This document shows, piece by piece, positions 17,050-27,464 of a stretch of 55,887 nucleotides of DNA. The position numbers and the translations under genes were made by a program. The notes below the pieces were generated by a model, which worked only from the letters and a program-made list of their open reading frames with translations, was not told the DNA's origin and ran no database searches. The stretch lies in the IMG/VR virus record IMGVR_UViG_3300032360_000008, positions 1-55,887 of that record. One strand, 5' to 3'. The stretch comes from a virus. Its lineage: Duplodnaviria > Caudoviricetes. Positions within the stretch are counted from its first letter, which is position 1; each line of letters starts with the position of its first letter.

Positions 17050-18885
17050 ATGCCTTTAGCTAAATGTATTGTAACTGAAACGGGTTCTGGTAGTGGAGTA
17101 CACACTTATTATCCTTTATCTGCAATAATGAAACAACAGGGAACTAAAAAACCAGATACGTTGGAAGTAATTTTACCAATACAAAATGAAGTGGATGAAA
17201 ATTATGAAATATCATATATACAAGATGTAGTAAATACTGAATATTTATCAGCAGTATATCCAATGCAATTATCATGTTTAGATGAGGGGGGATATAATCA
17301 AGATCCAACTGATCCCGCAGATTCTAGATTTGTCAAAGTGGGAGTAGATAAATTCAAAGGACAGTATGCACTTCAGTTTACCGCAGATTCTCAGGGAGTA
17401 CAAGTTCCAAGTGCAAAAACAAATAAAATAGATATTTCAAAACAATTTGATATTAATATATGGTTTACACCAGAGGCAACACAACTTCAAGATGGTAGTG
17501 ACGAGCCTATTTTATGGTCATTTCGTAGTTCAACTGTAGGACTTGATATAGGAATATCAGGAACTAATGGTACTAATTCATCATGGAGAGTATTTTTGAG
17601 GGTAGATAATGGTAGTATAACAAGTGGTTACACAGGAAGTAGTGAACTCATAATGAATACATTATCAAATCCAACAAGAATAATGCCATGTCATATAAGA
17701 GTTAAACGAGGTTCAGATAATTTATTAAAAGCATTTGTCAACGGTGTGGAAGATATATCTCAAAGTGTTACACAAGATTTACAACCATCTAGTACCGCTA
17801 TGGTATTTGGTGATACGGAAACTTCAACATCTGATGAATATAAAGGACTAATACATGAAATAAAAGTTTACTGTGGTTCTACTTTGTCAGATGTAGATGC
17901 AACTAGAATAAGAATAACAAAGCCAATAGTTCAATATATGAAATTTAATGGTAAAATTGTTAAAATTACTGACAAGTTAGCTGCTAAAAGGGTTATATCT
18001 GAAAGTAATTCATATAATCTAACAAAGGCAAAATTGGGTACTTCCTATAGTGGAACATTAACTTCCCATGCCTTATCATCAGTATCATTTAAAACAATAG
18101 CACAATCTGCAATTAATAATTCAAGTGTTACTAGTGGAACATTTACTGTTAGAAATGTAGACAATTTTGTATCTGTTCCAACTTCAACTGCATTACAAGG
18201 AAACATATATGAAATTGGTTCAGTTGTTGAGTTTTTGCAGATTTTATTATTGTTTAGTGAATGTGTTATGTATTATACACCTAGAAAAAATGTAATTATA
18301 GAAACAAATGCAGGTCATAATACGGGATACACAAGTTCAGATTATTTTGTGTTTGATCAAAATTCAACAACAAATCCTTACAATATAACTACTAGTGAAG
18401 TAGATGACTCAAAAGTAATTAATGAGGTAATTACTGTGGGAAGAAGTAATGTAACGGATAAAAGAAATTTTACTCCTACTGATGGAATAAGAAGAACATT
18501 AAGAAAAGTGGTAAAACAACTTGATAATGCAATAGATTTAACAGATTTAGGATACAAACTTCTTACAGAATTTGGTGGTTTGGGTGGTTCATCTGCCAAA
18601 TTAGGCAAAGCAAAACAAAAATTTGTAATAAAATCATCTGCACCAATTCATAATCTTAGGTTTAATCACAAAGTAACTGTTAAACGTAAGAATGGTAATA
18701 ACTCTAATGTAACAGGTGTAACTGATAAAGATTTAGATGAACAGTTCATTGTAACTCAAGTTAAATGGAACTATCCAAGTGGTACTACTACAATAAATGT
18801 AGGAGAATATGATATTGATTTCTATGAGGATATGGTAAAAATAGGAAGATCATCAGATAATCTTACTGATGCTAATCTGAATTAA
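17050..18885 (+). CDS. Baseplate hub/tail-tip protein with LamG (ConA-like) insertion
   Basis: KF.G.YALQF, INIWF.P, CHI.V.R, FVNGV and YKG.I.EIK.Y. Hub-like C-terminus. Confidence 0.7.
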   Translation: MPLAKCIVTETGSGSGVHTYYPLSAIMKQQGTKKPDTLEVILPIQNEVDENYEISYIQDVVNTEYLSAVYPMQLSCLDEGGYNQDPTDPADSRFVKVGVDKFKGQYALQFTADSQGVQVPSAKTNKIDISKQFDINIWFTPEATQLQDGSDEPILWSFRSSTVGLDIGISGTNGTNSSWRVFLRVDNGSITSGYTGSSELIMNTLSNPTRIMPCHIRVKRGSDNLLKAFVNGVEDISQSVTQDLQPSSTAMVFGDTETSTSDEYKGLIHEIKVYCGSTLSDVDATRIRITKPIVQYMKFNGKIVKITDKLAAKRVISESNSYNLTKAKLGTSYSGTLTSHALSSVSFKTIAQSAINNSSVTSGTFTVRNVDNFVSVPTSTALQGNIYEIGSVVEFLQILLLFSECVMYYTPRKNVIIETNAGHNTGYTSSDYFVFDQNSTTNPYNITTSEVDDSKVINEVITVGRSNVTDKRNFTPTDGIRRTLRKVVKQLDNAIDLTDLGYKLLTEFGGLGGSSAKLGKAKQKFVIKSSAPIHNLRFNHKVTVKRKNGNNSNVTGVTDKDLDEQFIVTQVKWNYPSGTTTINVGEYDIDFYEDMVKIGRSSDNLTDANLN

Positions 18886-19027
18886 TTTTTAGTAATTGGT
18901 TTCTAAATTTTGCCCATTCAATCATATTAGGAACTCTAAGGTTTTCTTCTATTTTTGCTAGTAATTCATTTGTTTTAATTAGATTTTCATTTACTTCATC
19001 TAGTTTATCTTCTATAATTCTAAACAT
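18872..19027 (-). CDS. 51-aa coiled-coil protein
   Basis: 3' part of track ORF 18872..19126 from MFRIIEDKL. Divergent from the exonuclease gene. Confidence 0.5.
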   Translation of the reverse strand: MFRIIEDKLDEVNENLIKTNELLAKIEENLRVPNMIEWAKFRNQLLKINSD

Positions 19028-19057
19028 ATAAATATACCATTCACTTCTAATAAATAA

Positions 19058-19783
19058 ATGTTTATTAATATAAAACATAAAATTAATAGACCATTTGTGG
19101 AAACAGCACATACGGAAGAAGGTCATTTTTATAAAACAGAATCGGGGAAAACTTATCCAAGTATAACAACAGTATTAAAAGTATTAGACACTAAAGAATG
19201 GTATCCGTTTTGGGTGGCTAAAGTTGCAAGAGATGAGGGTATAAATGAAGCACAAGCAGAAATAAGGTGCAAGGAAATTGGGGGTAACAGTATGGAAATG
19301 GGAAACATAGTTCACAAACTTGCAGAAGAATATCTAAGTAATACAACTGTTAATGAATCAAGTTCCAAGATAGAAGAATTAGATCCAATGGATTTGTTTG
19401 TACCATTGTCAGAACACTTAACGGAACACGTTGATAATGTTCATGGATTGGAAATTCCATTGTATAGTGATGATTTAGAACTTGCTGGAACAGCAGATTG
19501 TATAGCAGAATATGATGGTAAACTAAGCATAATTGATTTTAAAAATAGTAGAAAACCAAAGACAAAATCACAATGTAAAAGTAAAAATTATTTCATTCAA
19601 CTATGTGCATACGGTAAGATGTGGGAGTTCTGCACAGGTCAAAAAATAGAACAGGGAGTTATATTGGTTATATCATGGGATGGAGTGGTTAAACCGTTTA
19701 AAATAAACCTATCTGATTATGAAGCAGACCTTTACAAGAAACTTGTATTAGTGGAACAAAAACAAGCCTTAAATAGTAATTAA
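19058..19783 (+). CDS. PD-(D/E)xK exonuclease (Cas4/RecB-like phage family)
   Basis: YPSITTVL, G..VH, LAGTADCI, IIDFK and Q..AY. Confidence 0.9.
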   Translation: MFINIKHKINRPFVETAHTEEGHFYKTESGKTYPSITTVLKVLDTKEWYPFWVAKVARDEGINEAQAEIRCKEIGGNSMEMGNIVHKLAEEYLSNTTVNESSSKIEELDPMDLFVPLSEHLTEHVDNVHGLEIPLYSDDLELAGTADCIAEYDGKLSIIDFKNSRKPKTKSQCKSKNYFIQLCAYGKMWEFCTGQKIEQGVILVISWDGVVKPFKINLSDYEADLYKKLVLVEQKQALNSN

Positions 19784-19795
19784 AAAAGTATATAT

Positions 19796-20317
19796 ATGGT
19801 CAAACTAATCGAGAAAAAAGATGATATAACGGGGGAAAAAGAGTTGGTTATTGACAAAAGAACACTACCAAAAAAAGTACCTGCTAATGTTAAAAACTTA
19901 AACTATGCTAGAAACCTGCCACCAGAGTGCAACGGGTGTCAGTTTAGACCACAAGAGTTAGGCGGTAACGGTATATGTCGAAAATTTGAAGCAGATTCAT
20001 TATGTGTAATTAGAAAAGATATTGCTAAACTAATTGATAGTACAGGGGGTAGAACACTTGATCTAATGGAAGCAGAGTTTCATAACAATTTTGAAAAACT
20101 TGTGTTCTTTGAAAATATGGAAGATCAAAATAGTGAACTTAATCCTGAAGTTACCAAGCGTATAAACTCACTTACAAATTTGGGTAAGGTAATTAATGAG
20201 ATTAAAACAAAAAGAGAAACAGTAGAAATAACACAAACAGAAACATTAAGTGACAACCAAAAGCATGAGATAGCCAAGACAGTCAAACTAAGTAGGGAAC
20301 TACTAGATGAGTCTTAG
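19796..20317 (+). CDS. Putative terminase small subunit with Cys cluster
   Basis: Overlaps the terL start. Helical protein with CNGC...C...C. Confidence 0.5.
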   Translation: MVKLIEKKDDITGEKELVIDKRTLPKKVPANVKNLNYARNLPPECNGCQFRPQELGGNGICRKFEADSLCVIRKDIAKLIDSTGGRTLDLMEAEFHNNFEKLVFFENMEDQNSELNPEVTKRINSLTNLGKVINEIKTKRETVEITQTETLSDNQKHEIAKTVKLSRELLDES

Positions 20318-21794
20318 AAAGTTACCCCCCGTAGAGTACATAAAAGATCCCGTAGAGTATGCAAAGATCCTTGTAAAGTCATTTAAAAACTGTTCATACT
20401 TTGTAGATAAATTTTTAGGCTTTGATGTGTTTGAATATAACAAAGCATTTTTAGATTGTTATGACAGATTCATTGTATATAGAACGGGTAGACAGGTGGG
20501 TAAATCAACCAATGCAGGACTCAAGGCAATACACTTTGCATATTTTGCACCACTATTTGCAAGTAACATAGACACGGGGGTAGCAAATGTTGTAATCGCT
20601 TCACTATCAAAAGATCAAGCACACTTAATTTTATCCAAGATTAGTGATTTTCTTCACATGAGTCCTACACTTAGTAAAAAAATAACAAGAGAAATTAAAA
20701 CAGAAATTACACTTGAATGGTATGACGGAACTGGAAAGACCAATTTCATTGTAAGACCGATAGGTGATACAGGGGATTCACTCAGAGGATTTACAGTACA
20801 CTATGCAATACTGGATGAGGCAGCTTATATTCCTCAAGTAGTCTTTGATGCCTTTTTGCCTAGTACGGTTACAACAAAACCACACATACTTTTAACAAGT
20901 ACACCAAAAGGAAAGTCAGGACAGTTTTTTAAATCATGTATGGACTCTCACACATTATATGAACATGGTAAGCCCAAAGCAATAGAAGGACACCAAGACA
21001 AACAAAAGTATCCGTGGACACAATTTCATGTAACCACATTTGATAACCCACTTGCCGCTAGTGATCCACAGGTTCTTAAACTTATTAAAGGCACTACAAA
21101 AGCTGCTGAAAGACAGGAGATATATGGGGAATTTCTTGACGGTGGAAATAGTCTTATACCTTATAACTTATTACAAGAATCTCTTACTCCTATTGAAAGA
21201 CCAAAGTTTGAATATTATGATGCAGGAGTTGATACAAGTGGTAAAGGTGCAGATGAAACTGTAATCACTATTGCGGGAGTAAGAGAGGGTGTAATGTACC
21301 CTGTAGAAATATATACTGAACTAACAACAGAACAACCTAAACTTGCTAGAAAGATTTCAGAATATAACAGGATATATGGATTAAGAAGAATATATATTGA
21401 TGAAACTGGAATGGGTGACACGTTAATGGACTTGTGCAGGGAGGTAGATCCTGATATGACTTTATATGGAATCAATTTTAAATCTGATAAAACTAACTTA
21501 TATATCAATTTAGAACGATTATTTGAAGAATTAAACCCAAAAGGTTCGGGAAGATTGATTAATATTTCATTATTGGAAGACTATAGCAGGGATAAACTAG
21601 TGGAACAGTTGTCATATATGTATTGGGATCATGGTAAATTCAAGGATCAACAACCAAAAGTCCGTAGTGAACACGCTGATGACTACAGCGACAGCATGGC
21701 GTTAGTAGCGTTTGGTCAACAAAAGGTTGATTTTATAAGGGATATACCTGATCTTTGGAGTCCTGAAAGCACAGGAGAATACATAGGTTGGTAG
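20307..21794 (+). CDS. terL: Terminase large subunit
   Basis: GRQVGKS (Walker A), LRG, ILDEAA (Walker B), TSTP.G, GVDTS..G.D and DDYSDS. Confidence 0.95.
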   Translation: MSLRKLPPVEYIKDPVEYAKILVKSFKNCSYFVDKFLGFDVFEYNKAFLDCYDRFIVYRTGRQVGKSTNAGLKAIHFAYFAPLFASNIDTGVANVVIASLSKDQAHLILSKISDFLHMSPTLSKKITREIKTEITLEWYDGTGKTNFIVRPIGDTGDSLRGFTVHYAILDEAAYIPQVVFDAFLPSTVTTKPHILLTSTPKGKSGQFFKSCMDSHTLYEHGKPKAIEGHQDKQKYPWTQFHVTTFDNPLAASDPQVLKLIKGTTKAAERQEIYGEFLDGGNSLIPYNLLQESLTPIERPKFEYYDAGVDTSGKGADETVITIAGVREGVMYPVEIYTELTTEQPKLARKISEYNRIYGLRRIYIDETGMGDTLMDLCREVDPDMTLYGINFKSDKTNLYINLERLFEELNPKGSGRLINISLLEDYSRDKLVEQLSYMYWDHGKFKDQQPKVRSEHADDYSDSMALVAFGQQKVDFIRDIPDLWSPESTGEYIGW

Positions 21795-21833
21795 AATCTA
21801 TAACTTTAAATACTTACTATATATAATTTAAAT

Positions 21834-22505
21834 ATGCCATCTAAACCATCCAAAGTAGATACAGATAAAGATGCTGAAGATTGGATAACAGTAGGCGGTA
21901 AGAAAATGCGTGTAGATGCAGGAGAAGATAAAGAAGATTTAACTAGATCTCCTATGCCTAGTGTAAGAGGCGAAAAACAATCTAATACAAAAGAAGCACA
22001 AAAAGTATATAAAAAGAGACTTGAACTAATAAAGTCAATATTTAAAACAAGAGATGAAGTAGTTTTTGCAGAATATAACAAGTCAGGCGTTGTAGCAGGA
22101 TTAAATGGAGATAAACTGAATATAATGTCAGAAGGCAGAATATATCCAGTTCACAAAAATAATGTATTTAAAAAATCAGAACTTTTAGGTGATAGACATT
22201 GGGATACAATGACCAATGTAAGCAGAGTACAAATTTTAAAATCTTTTAACTTACCAACATTTTATAACAAACAAAATTGGGGAAATATTTCTATGGAAAT
22301 ACGAGAAGCATTATTAAAAAACGCAAGTCCAGCTGGTACAACCACAAGTGATGCTGGTATTCATAACCCAATATATAATCCAATAAATGAAGAAAAGTCA
22401 GTTTCAAATACAATAGATGATGAGATTAAAAGACAAGAAAATTCTCCCAATCACGAAGAATATGAAAATGGGAAAGATGGCAAAAAAGATAAATCTGTAG
22501 ATTGA
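21834..22505 (+). CDS. Hypothetical protein (possible SH3/KOW-like core)
   Basis: 223-aa ORF with TTTAAATA 29 nt upstream. Confidence 0.7.
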   Translation: MPSKPSKVDTDKDAEDWITVGGKKMRVDAGEDKEDLTRSPMPSVRGEKQSNTKEAQKVYKKRLELIKSIFKTRDEVVFAEYNKSGVVAGLNGDKLNIMSEGRIYPVHKNNVFKKSELLGDRHWDTMTNVSRVQILKSFNLPTFYNKQNWGNISMEIREALLKNASPAGTTTSDAGIHNPIYNPINEEKSVSNTIDDEIKRQENSPNHEEYENGKDGKKDKSVD

Positions 22506-22509
22506 TAAA

Positions 22510-22689
22510 ATGAAAAGGCGTGAAAAAGTATTACGTTGTAAATGCCCATGTAATAGAGAACTGCCTTCAAGATATAAAGGAAGACAAAAAATATTTTATG
22601 ACTCACCCGTATGCAGAAAAATTTGGCATAGTTTTACAGAGGAAGAACAACAAGCACGTTTAAAAGAAATGGAAGGATCAACTTCATAA
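22510..22689 (+). CDS. 59-aa Cys-containing protein
   Basis: MKRREKVLRCKCPCNRELP...GRQKIFYDSPVCRKIWH...*. Confidence 0.6.
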   Translation: MKRREKVLRCKCPCNRELPSRYKGRQKIFYDSPVCRKIWHSFTEEEQQARLKEMEGSTS

Positions 22690-22699
22690 AAAAAAGGAG

Positions 22700-22909
22700 T
22701 TATCCTTTAGTTGCGTATGTACTTTTTGGTTCACAATTAACTGCGTGGTTGACTTCATATTCTTTTAATATTCTTTCAAGAACAACCTGATCACTTTCAT
22801 AACCTTTTCTTTTAATGTCAGGTTGTGCATATTTACGCAATCTCAATTTTTGTGATTTTAGTATGCTAATAGGAGTTGTTACTCTATTAGGATTTGCTGG
22901 TCGTGCCAT
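22700..22909 (-). CDS. Putative ribbon-helix-helix-type regulator
   Basis: MARP....VTTPISI......RLRKYA...ESDQVVLERILKEY. Start moved to ATG 22909. Confidence 0.55.
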   Translation of the reverse strand: MARPANPNRVTTPISILKSQKLRLRKYAQPDIKRKGYESDQVVLERILKEYEVNHAVNCEPKSTYATKG

Positions 22910-22968
22910 ATTAAATATTATAATATCATTACATATATAAGTCTTTGGAAAAATCAACTATAACAAAG

Positions 22969-22986
22969 GTTTATATTATAGATTAA
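22969..22986 (+). promoter_or_regulatory. Duplicated 18-bp promoter element GTTTATATTATAGATTAA
   Basis: Identical copy at 23379-23396. The TATA boxes lie 30 and 29 nt before ATG 23000 and ATG 23409. Confidence 0.75.
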
Positions 22987-22999
22987 TAATAATACCTTT

Positions 23000-23347
23000 A
23001 TGTCGGATTTCAACAAATTTGGACAAAAATCAGGAGATTCCATAAATCTATCTGAAATCGGTGATAAAGTATTCACCATAACCGCAGTTGAGGACTCACC
23101 ATACACAAAAGATGGCGAAGAAACTCCGGGAGTAAAGATTTCAACATCTGAAAAATGGGAAAAGGAAGATGGTACAAAAGTATCTAAAATCCATACAACC
23201 AGAAGGGCAATAGTTAGTAAGCTCGTAGATGAAGATTTAAGGAAAGCACTTGCAAACGGTGAAACGTTTAAAGTGAAATGTCCTACGGAAAAGGTCAAAG
23301 CCAAAAAAGGTGGTATGCCCTATTTCGATCTCGTAGCTGCTGAATAG
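23000..23347 (+). CDS. Hypothetical protein, possible OB-fold ssDNA-binding protein
   Basis: Beta-strand pattern ending GGMPYFDL. Has its own promoter and T-tract terminator. Function is a guess. Confidence 0.55.
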   Translation: MSDFNKFGQKSGDSINLSEIGDKVFTITAVEDSPYTKDGEETPGVKISTSEKWEKEDGTKVSKIHTTRRAIVSKLVDEDLRKALANGETFKVKCPTEKVKAKKGGMPYFDLVAAE

Positions 23348-23408
23348 GCACTACACCCCTTCTTTTTTATTTCCATACGTTTATATTATAGATTAACAAA
23401 TGTATCAC

Positions 23409-23828
23409 ATGACCAATGAAGTAATGGTTGACACAATGAAAAGTCTGAAAACACAATGGGGATTTCTCAAAGATGAGAGCAAAGCCAAAATTGATAGAAG
23501 ACAAGCCTGTAAGCGAATCATAGAACTATCAGAAGAAGCAAAAAAACTTGATCCTAAATTTGAGATGATTAATATGAACAATACTCAGTATGCAGATTTT
23601 GTACCTACTACATATAAAGTACAAAGTAATGTAAATTGGGGAGAAGAAGTTGATCCTACTAAAGCAGAACAAACTGCACTAGACAAACTAAAAAGGTTGG
23701 AATCAATAGCAGTTCAAGAAATCAAAAAGAAATTACCTAATGAATCAGATGACTCACAAAAATTTGGAATGATTGTATCTGCTTATACAGATAAACTTAT
23801 AAGAATATACACATTCCAAAATTCTTAA
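23409..23828 (+). CDS. Hypothetical protein
   Basis: Track ORF 23400..23828 with start set by TATA spacing. Confidence 0.7.
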   Translation: MTNEVMVDTMKSLKTQWGFLKDESKAKIDRRQACKRIIELSEEAKKLDPKFEMINMNNTQYADFVPTTYKVQSNVNWGEEVDPTKAEQTALDKLKRLESIAVQEIKKKLPNESDDSQKFGMIVSAYTDKLIRIYTFQNS

Positions 23829-23873
23829 TTTTTCCTAAAGTTTATATTCAACTAATTATTGTAATAATAGATA

Positions 23874-24767
23874 ATGATAAGTAAAAAAATTACAATTAAC
23901 CTAGAAAAAAAAGATGATATATTTCACTTAGAACCTTTGTCGGATATTCATGTTGGACACATGGGGTTTAACAAAGAACTATATAAAAAAAGAGTAAGAG
24001 CAATTACCAATAGTGACAACAGATACACTTTATTTTTGGGAGATCAGTTTGATGCAATTACCACATACGATAAAAGATTTAATCCTGACATGAGTTTAAT
24101 TCACGATGTAGACAATCAAAGAGAACTATGGCAAAAACTTTCAAACCCATTACTAAAAGAACATATATCAAGATTAACAGAATATCAAGGTGAAGAAGAA
24201 GTTTGGGATGAACAAGCAAGAAAATCAGTTTATGAACCAAAGAAGATGTGGAAAGTTAAAAAAGGAATGAATGAAAAAGTTTGGGGGTTGCTACATGGAA
24301 ATCACGAATACCATATAAGAGAAGCAACAAGAGCATATTTAGAAAATACAATGTGTACTCCTAACGGACTTACATTTTTGGGAAGTCGAGCAGTTATAGG
24401 ATTAGAAGTAAAACATAACGGTAAGGTATTAAAACAATGGTTAATTTCTGCAATACATGGAAGTGGTGGTGGTAAACCAGAACCACAAATGGAAAAACAG
24501 CGTAGAAATCATTACATGGATGTATTCATTTCTGGTCACTTGCATCAAAAAAGATACACACCAACAGGTGCAGTAGGGTTTGATTTCAAGAAAGGACTTG
24601 CAACAAAGATAGGAGTTCATTCTATAAATGCGGGAACTTTTTGTGATGGATTAATAGAAGGAAAAGATGGATATATGGACAGAAAAGCAGAAGCAGAACA
24701 TACCATGTTAGGAACTGCAACCTTAACATTCAACGCAGAACAGGATAAAATAACAGGTCACGTTTAG
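23874..24767 (+). CDS. Calcineurin-like metallophosphoesterase
   Basis: SDIHVG, LGD..D, GNHE, HG and GHLH. Confidence 0.9.
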   Translation: MISKKITINLEKKDDIFHLEPLSDIHVGHMGFNKELYKKRVRAITNSDNRYTLFLGDQFDAITTYDKRFNPDMSLIHDVDNQRELWQKLSNPLLKEHISRLTEYQGEEEVWDEQARKSVYEPKKMWKVKKGMNEKVWGLLHGNHEYHIREATRAYLENTMCTPNGLTFLGSRAVIGLEVKHNGKVLKQWLISAIHGSGGGKPEPQMEKQRRNHYMDVFISGHLHQKRYTPTGAVGFDFKKGLATKIGVHSINAGTFCDGLIEGKDGYMDRKAEAEHTMLGTATLTFNAEQDKITGHV

Positions 24768-24768
24768 T

Positions 24769-24996
24769 TTGGGTGAAATAATTAAAAATGAACCAAGAGT
24801 AATTAACGATTTTAATGTAAGAGGTAAGGAAACTCCATTAACGAATAAAATAAGGCAGTTTGTTATAGAAAACCCCAACTGCACAGTAGCCGATATATGC
24901 AAGAGTATGAATTGGAAAGACGATGCCGCTGTCAGAAAATCAATCAGAAAAATGGTTGAAGGGCATAAAATAATACAAAGATTTAATATAACGTAA
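24769..24996 (+). CDS. Winged-HTH DNA-binding protein
   Basis: KIRQFV.ENP.CTVADIC......DAAVRKSIRKMVE. Confidence 0.65.
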   Translation: MGEIIKNEPRVINDFNVRGKETPLTNKIRQFVIENPNCTVADICKSMNWKDDAAVRKSIRKMVEGHKIIQRFNIT

Positions 24997-25211
24997 TATT
25001 ATATAAAATATAATGAAATTTCCTCAAAATGCCTCTAAACAGGCACTAATTTGGTTTAATAGATCCTTTGTATATTTCCATTTGTGTAGAAATACGGGTA
25101 ATTTTTGTAATGAATTTAACTGGATAAAAAGGGAATTAGGTTTGATGAATCGACTAAAACTCACTCCTAAGCAGGATAATATTTAAATACTAATAAATAG
25201 TTAGACTTAAC

Positions 25212-25730
25212 ATGGCAATAGCAGCTTCTGATATTAAACTTAGAATTTCTGGTTCAAGTGCTTCAGCAACAGATCCAAACGGTTCTTATGGCGGTGCTAT
25301 GAGTACAGTTTCAGGTGGTATTATTACTACTAATGTTCTTAATAACGACATGGATGATATTACTTCAGCAGAAGCCTCATCTGGTATTACTATATATCAC
25401 AACTATTATTACAAAAATGAACACGCAACACTCACATATATTTCTCCTAAATTTTACATTGACACACAAACTAACTCTGGTGATACCAGCGTTGCTATGG
25501 CTCTAGTTACAGAAGCTAAAAACGTTGCAACTACCAGACTAACAAATGAAGAAACAGTACCCGCTACTGTAACATTTACAACCCCTGCAAATTATGCAGG
25601 TGGACTTGCAATCGGTAGTTTAGATGCAGGTGATTATAGAGGAATTTGGGTAAAATATATTGTCGGTTCAAGTGCTTCAGCAGTATTAGATGCTTACACA
25701 TTAGGAATACAAGGGGATAGTAACCCATAG
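25212..25730 (+). CDS. Virion structural protein (fibre/baseplate-associated)
   Basis: MAI..SDIKLR.SG....DPN.S.GG.MS, DD.T.AEA..G and G.L.AG.Y.GIW. First gene of the fibre cluster. Confidence 0.65.
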   Translation: MAIAASDIKLRISGSSASATDPNGSYGGAMSTVSGGIITTNVLNNDMDDITSAEASSGITIYHNYYYKNEHATLTYISPKFYIDTQTNSGDTSVAMALVTEAKNVATTRLTNEETVPATVTFTTPANYAGGLAIGSLDAGDYRGIWVKYIVGSSASAVLDAYTLGIQGDSNP

Positions 25731-25732
25731 TC

Positions 25733-26095
25733 ATGCCTTCTTTTACTAAAGATACTTCAAAAGATGTACTTAAAAAACAAGCAGAAGAAGATGTTGCTAG
25801 AATTAAAAAGACAACACAATATGATGGCGATGGTAGATCATATACATGGAATGACTCTATAGGATTTTTTGAAAGTGAAGCAGATGATGCAGGTAAAAAA
25901 TGGGTTAAAGGAATTGACTCAAGCGTTCCGGGATATTGGTTTACTTGCCCAGAGATAGTGGGTTCAAATAGCAAGGGATACGACATTGTGTGTGCAACAC
26001 CACATTTCGTTTTCATATATCAAGATGGTGAGAAACTGACTTGCAGAAAATGTAATAAAGAAAGCACCATAAAACTCGTATTACCAAAGGAGTGA
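25733..26095 (+). CDS. Hypothetical zinc-binding protein
   Basis: CPE...C and CRKC. Confidence 0.6.
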   Translation: MPSFTKDTSKDVLKKQAEEDVARIKKTTQYDGDGRSYTWNDSIGFFESEADDAGKKWVKGIDSSVPGYWFTCPEIVGSNSKGYDIVCATPHFVFIYQDGEKLTCRKCNKESTIKLVLPKE

Positions 26096-26123
26096 TATAT
26101 ATGACCTGCGGGGGTAATTATTA

Positions 26124-27464
26124 ATGACTGATCTAACAGCACTAACAGAAATTACAGCACCAACAACAGATGATCTAGTTTACGTTGTAGATGATCCTAC
26201 AAGTGCAAAGAATCCTAGAAAGTGTAGTATTGCAAACTTGGTAGATGCAAGAACAAAAACTTTAACAAATACAACAATAGATGCTGACGGAACAGGTAAC
26301 TCTATTACTAACATTGAAAACGCAGATATAAAATCAAGTGCAGGTATTGTATATTCTAAATTATCATTAACAGGTTCAGTTGTAGATGGCGATCTTGCAG
26401 GTTCTATTTCAAATGGAAAATTAGCAACAGATCCATTAAGTTATGCAAACATGACAGCACCTTCAGCATCTGTAGCATTTAACTCACAAAAATTAACAGG
26501 TTTAGCAGCTGGTGTAGCCTCTACAGATGCAGCTACCAAAGGTCAAGTAGATGTAGCAAGTGCAGGACTAGATGCAAAGGATGCCTGTAGAGTAGCAACA
26601 ACTGCAAACATTACATTAAGTGGGGAACAATCCATTGATGGCATTACAACCACAACAGATAGAGTTTTAGTTAAAAATCAATCAACAGGATCACAAAATG
26701 GTATATATGTTTCAGCAAGTGGATCATGGGCAAGATCAACTGATGCAGATGCAGATTCAGAAGTAACATCAGGTTTGTACACATTTATCACAGAAGGTAC
26801 AGCAAATGGAAGTCAAGGATTTGTATTAACAACTGATGATCCAATTACAGTAGGAAGTACAGCATTAGTATTTTCACAATTCTCAGGAGTTGGGGATCTT
26901 GTTGGTGGAACAGGAATAGATAAAACAGGTAATACAATAGCAATAGATGCTACAGTAGCAACATTAGCAGGAACTCAATCATTATCAAATAAATCACTTG
27001 TAGCACCAGCATTGGGAACACCTGCAAGTGGAGTAGCCACTAATATAACAGGATTAGTAGCAACAACAGGACTCACAGCAACAGGAACTAAAGATGCAAC
27101 CACATTCCTTAGAGGTGATGATACTTGGGCAGTTGTAGATGCAAGTCCATTAACTACAAAGGGTGACGTTTACACTTATGATACAGGCAATCAAAGACTA
27201 GCAGTTGGAGCAGATGGCTTAGTTCTAAAGGCAGATAGTTCCACAGCAACAGGATTAGTTTGGGGTTCTGGTGGCGGGGGAGCAACTATTGTTCACACAT
27301 TCACAAATACAACTAATACATCTTACGCAGGTACAGCTAGTTCATTTGGTTCAGTAGGAGTAGGAGACAGGGATATTTACATTAAAAAGATTGATGCTAA
27401 CAACGAGGGTGTATTCACTAAAATATGGAAGAACGGTGTAGCCGTTGAGGTTCAAATTGCATGA
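26124..27464 (+). CDS. Tail fibre protein
   Basis: TDAATKGQVD, CRVATTANITLSG.Q.IDG, RVLVKNQ....NGIY, TTFLRGD.TW and TTKGD...RLAVG.DG.VL.ADS fibre motifs. Confidence 0.85.
   Translation: MTDLTALTEITAPTTDDLVYVVDDPTSAKNPRKCSIANLVDARTKTLTNTTIDADGTGNSITNIENADIKSSAGIVYSKLSLTGSVVDGDLAGSISNGKLATDPLSYANMTAPSASVAFNSQKLTGLAAGVASTDAATKGQVDVASAGLDAKDACRVATTANITLSGEQSIDGITTTTDRVLVKNQSTGSQNGIYVSASGSWARSTDADADSEVTSGLYTFITEGTANGSQGFVLTTDDPITVGSTALVFSQFSGVGDLVGGTGIDKTGNTIAIDATVATLAGTQSLSNKSLVAPALGTPASGVATNITGLVATTGLTATGTKDATTFLRGDDTWAVVDASPLTTKGDVYTYDTGNQRLAVGADGLVLKADSSTATGLVWGSGGGGATIVHTFTNTTNTSYAGTASSFGSVGVGDRDIYIKKIDANNEGVFTKIWKNGVAVEVQIA

Noticed and set aside
19058-19783. True Cas4 or CRISPR-Cas locus
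   Set aside because: It lacks the four-Cys Fe-S arrangement, and there are no other cas genes or array. It fits a phage exonuclease.
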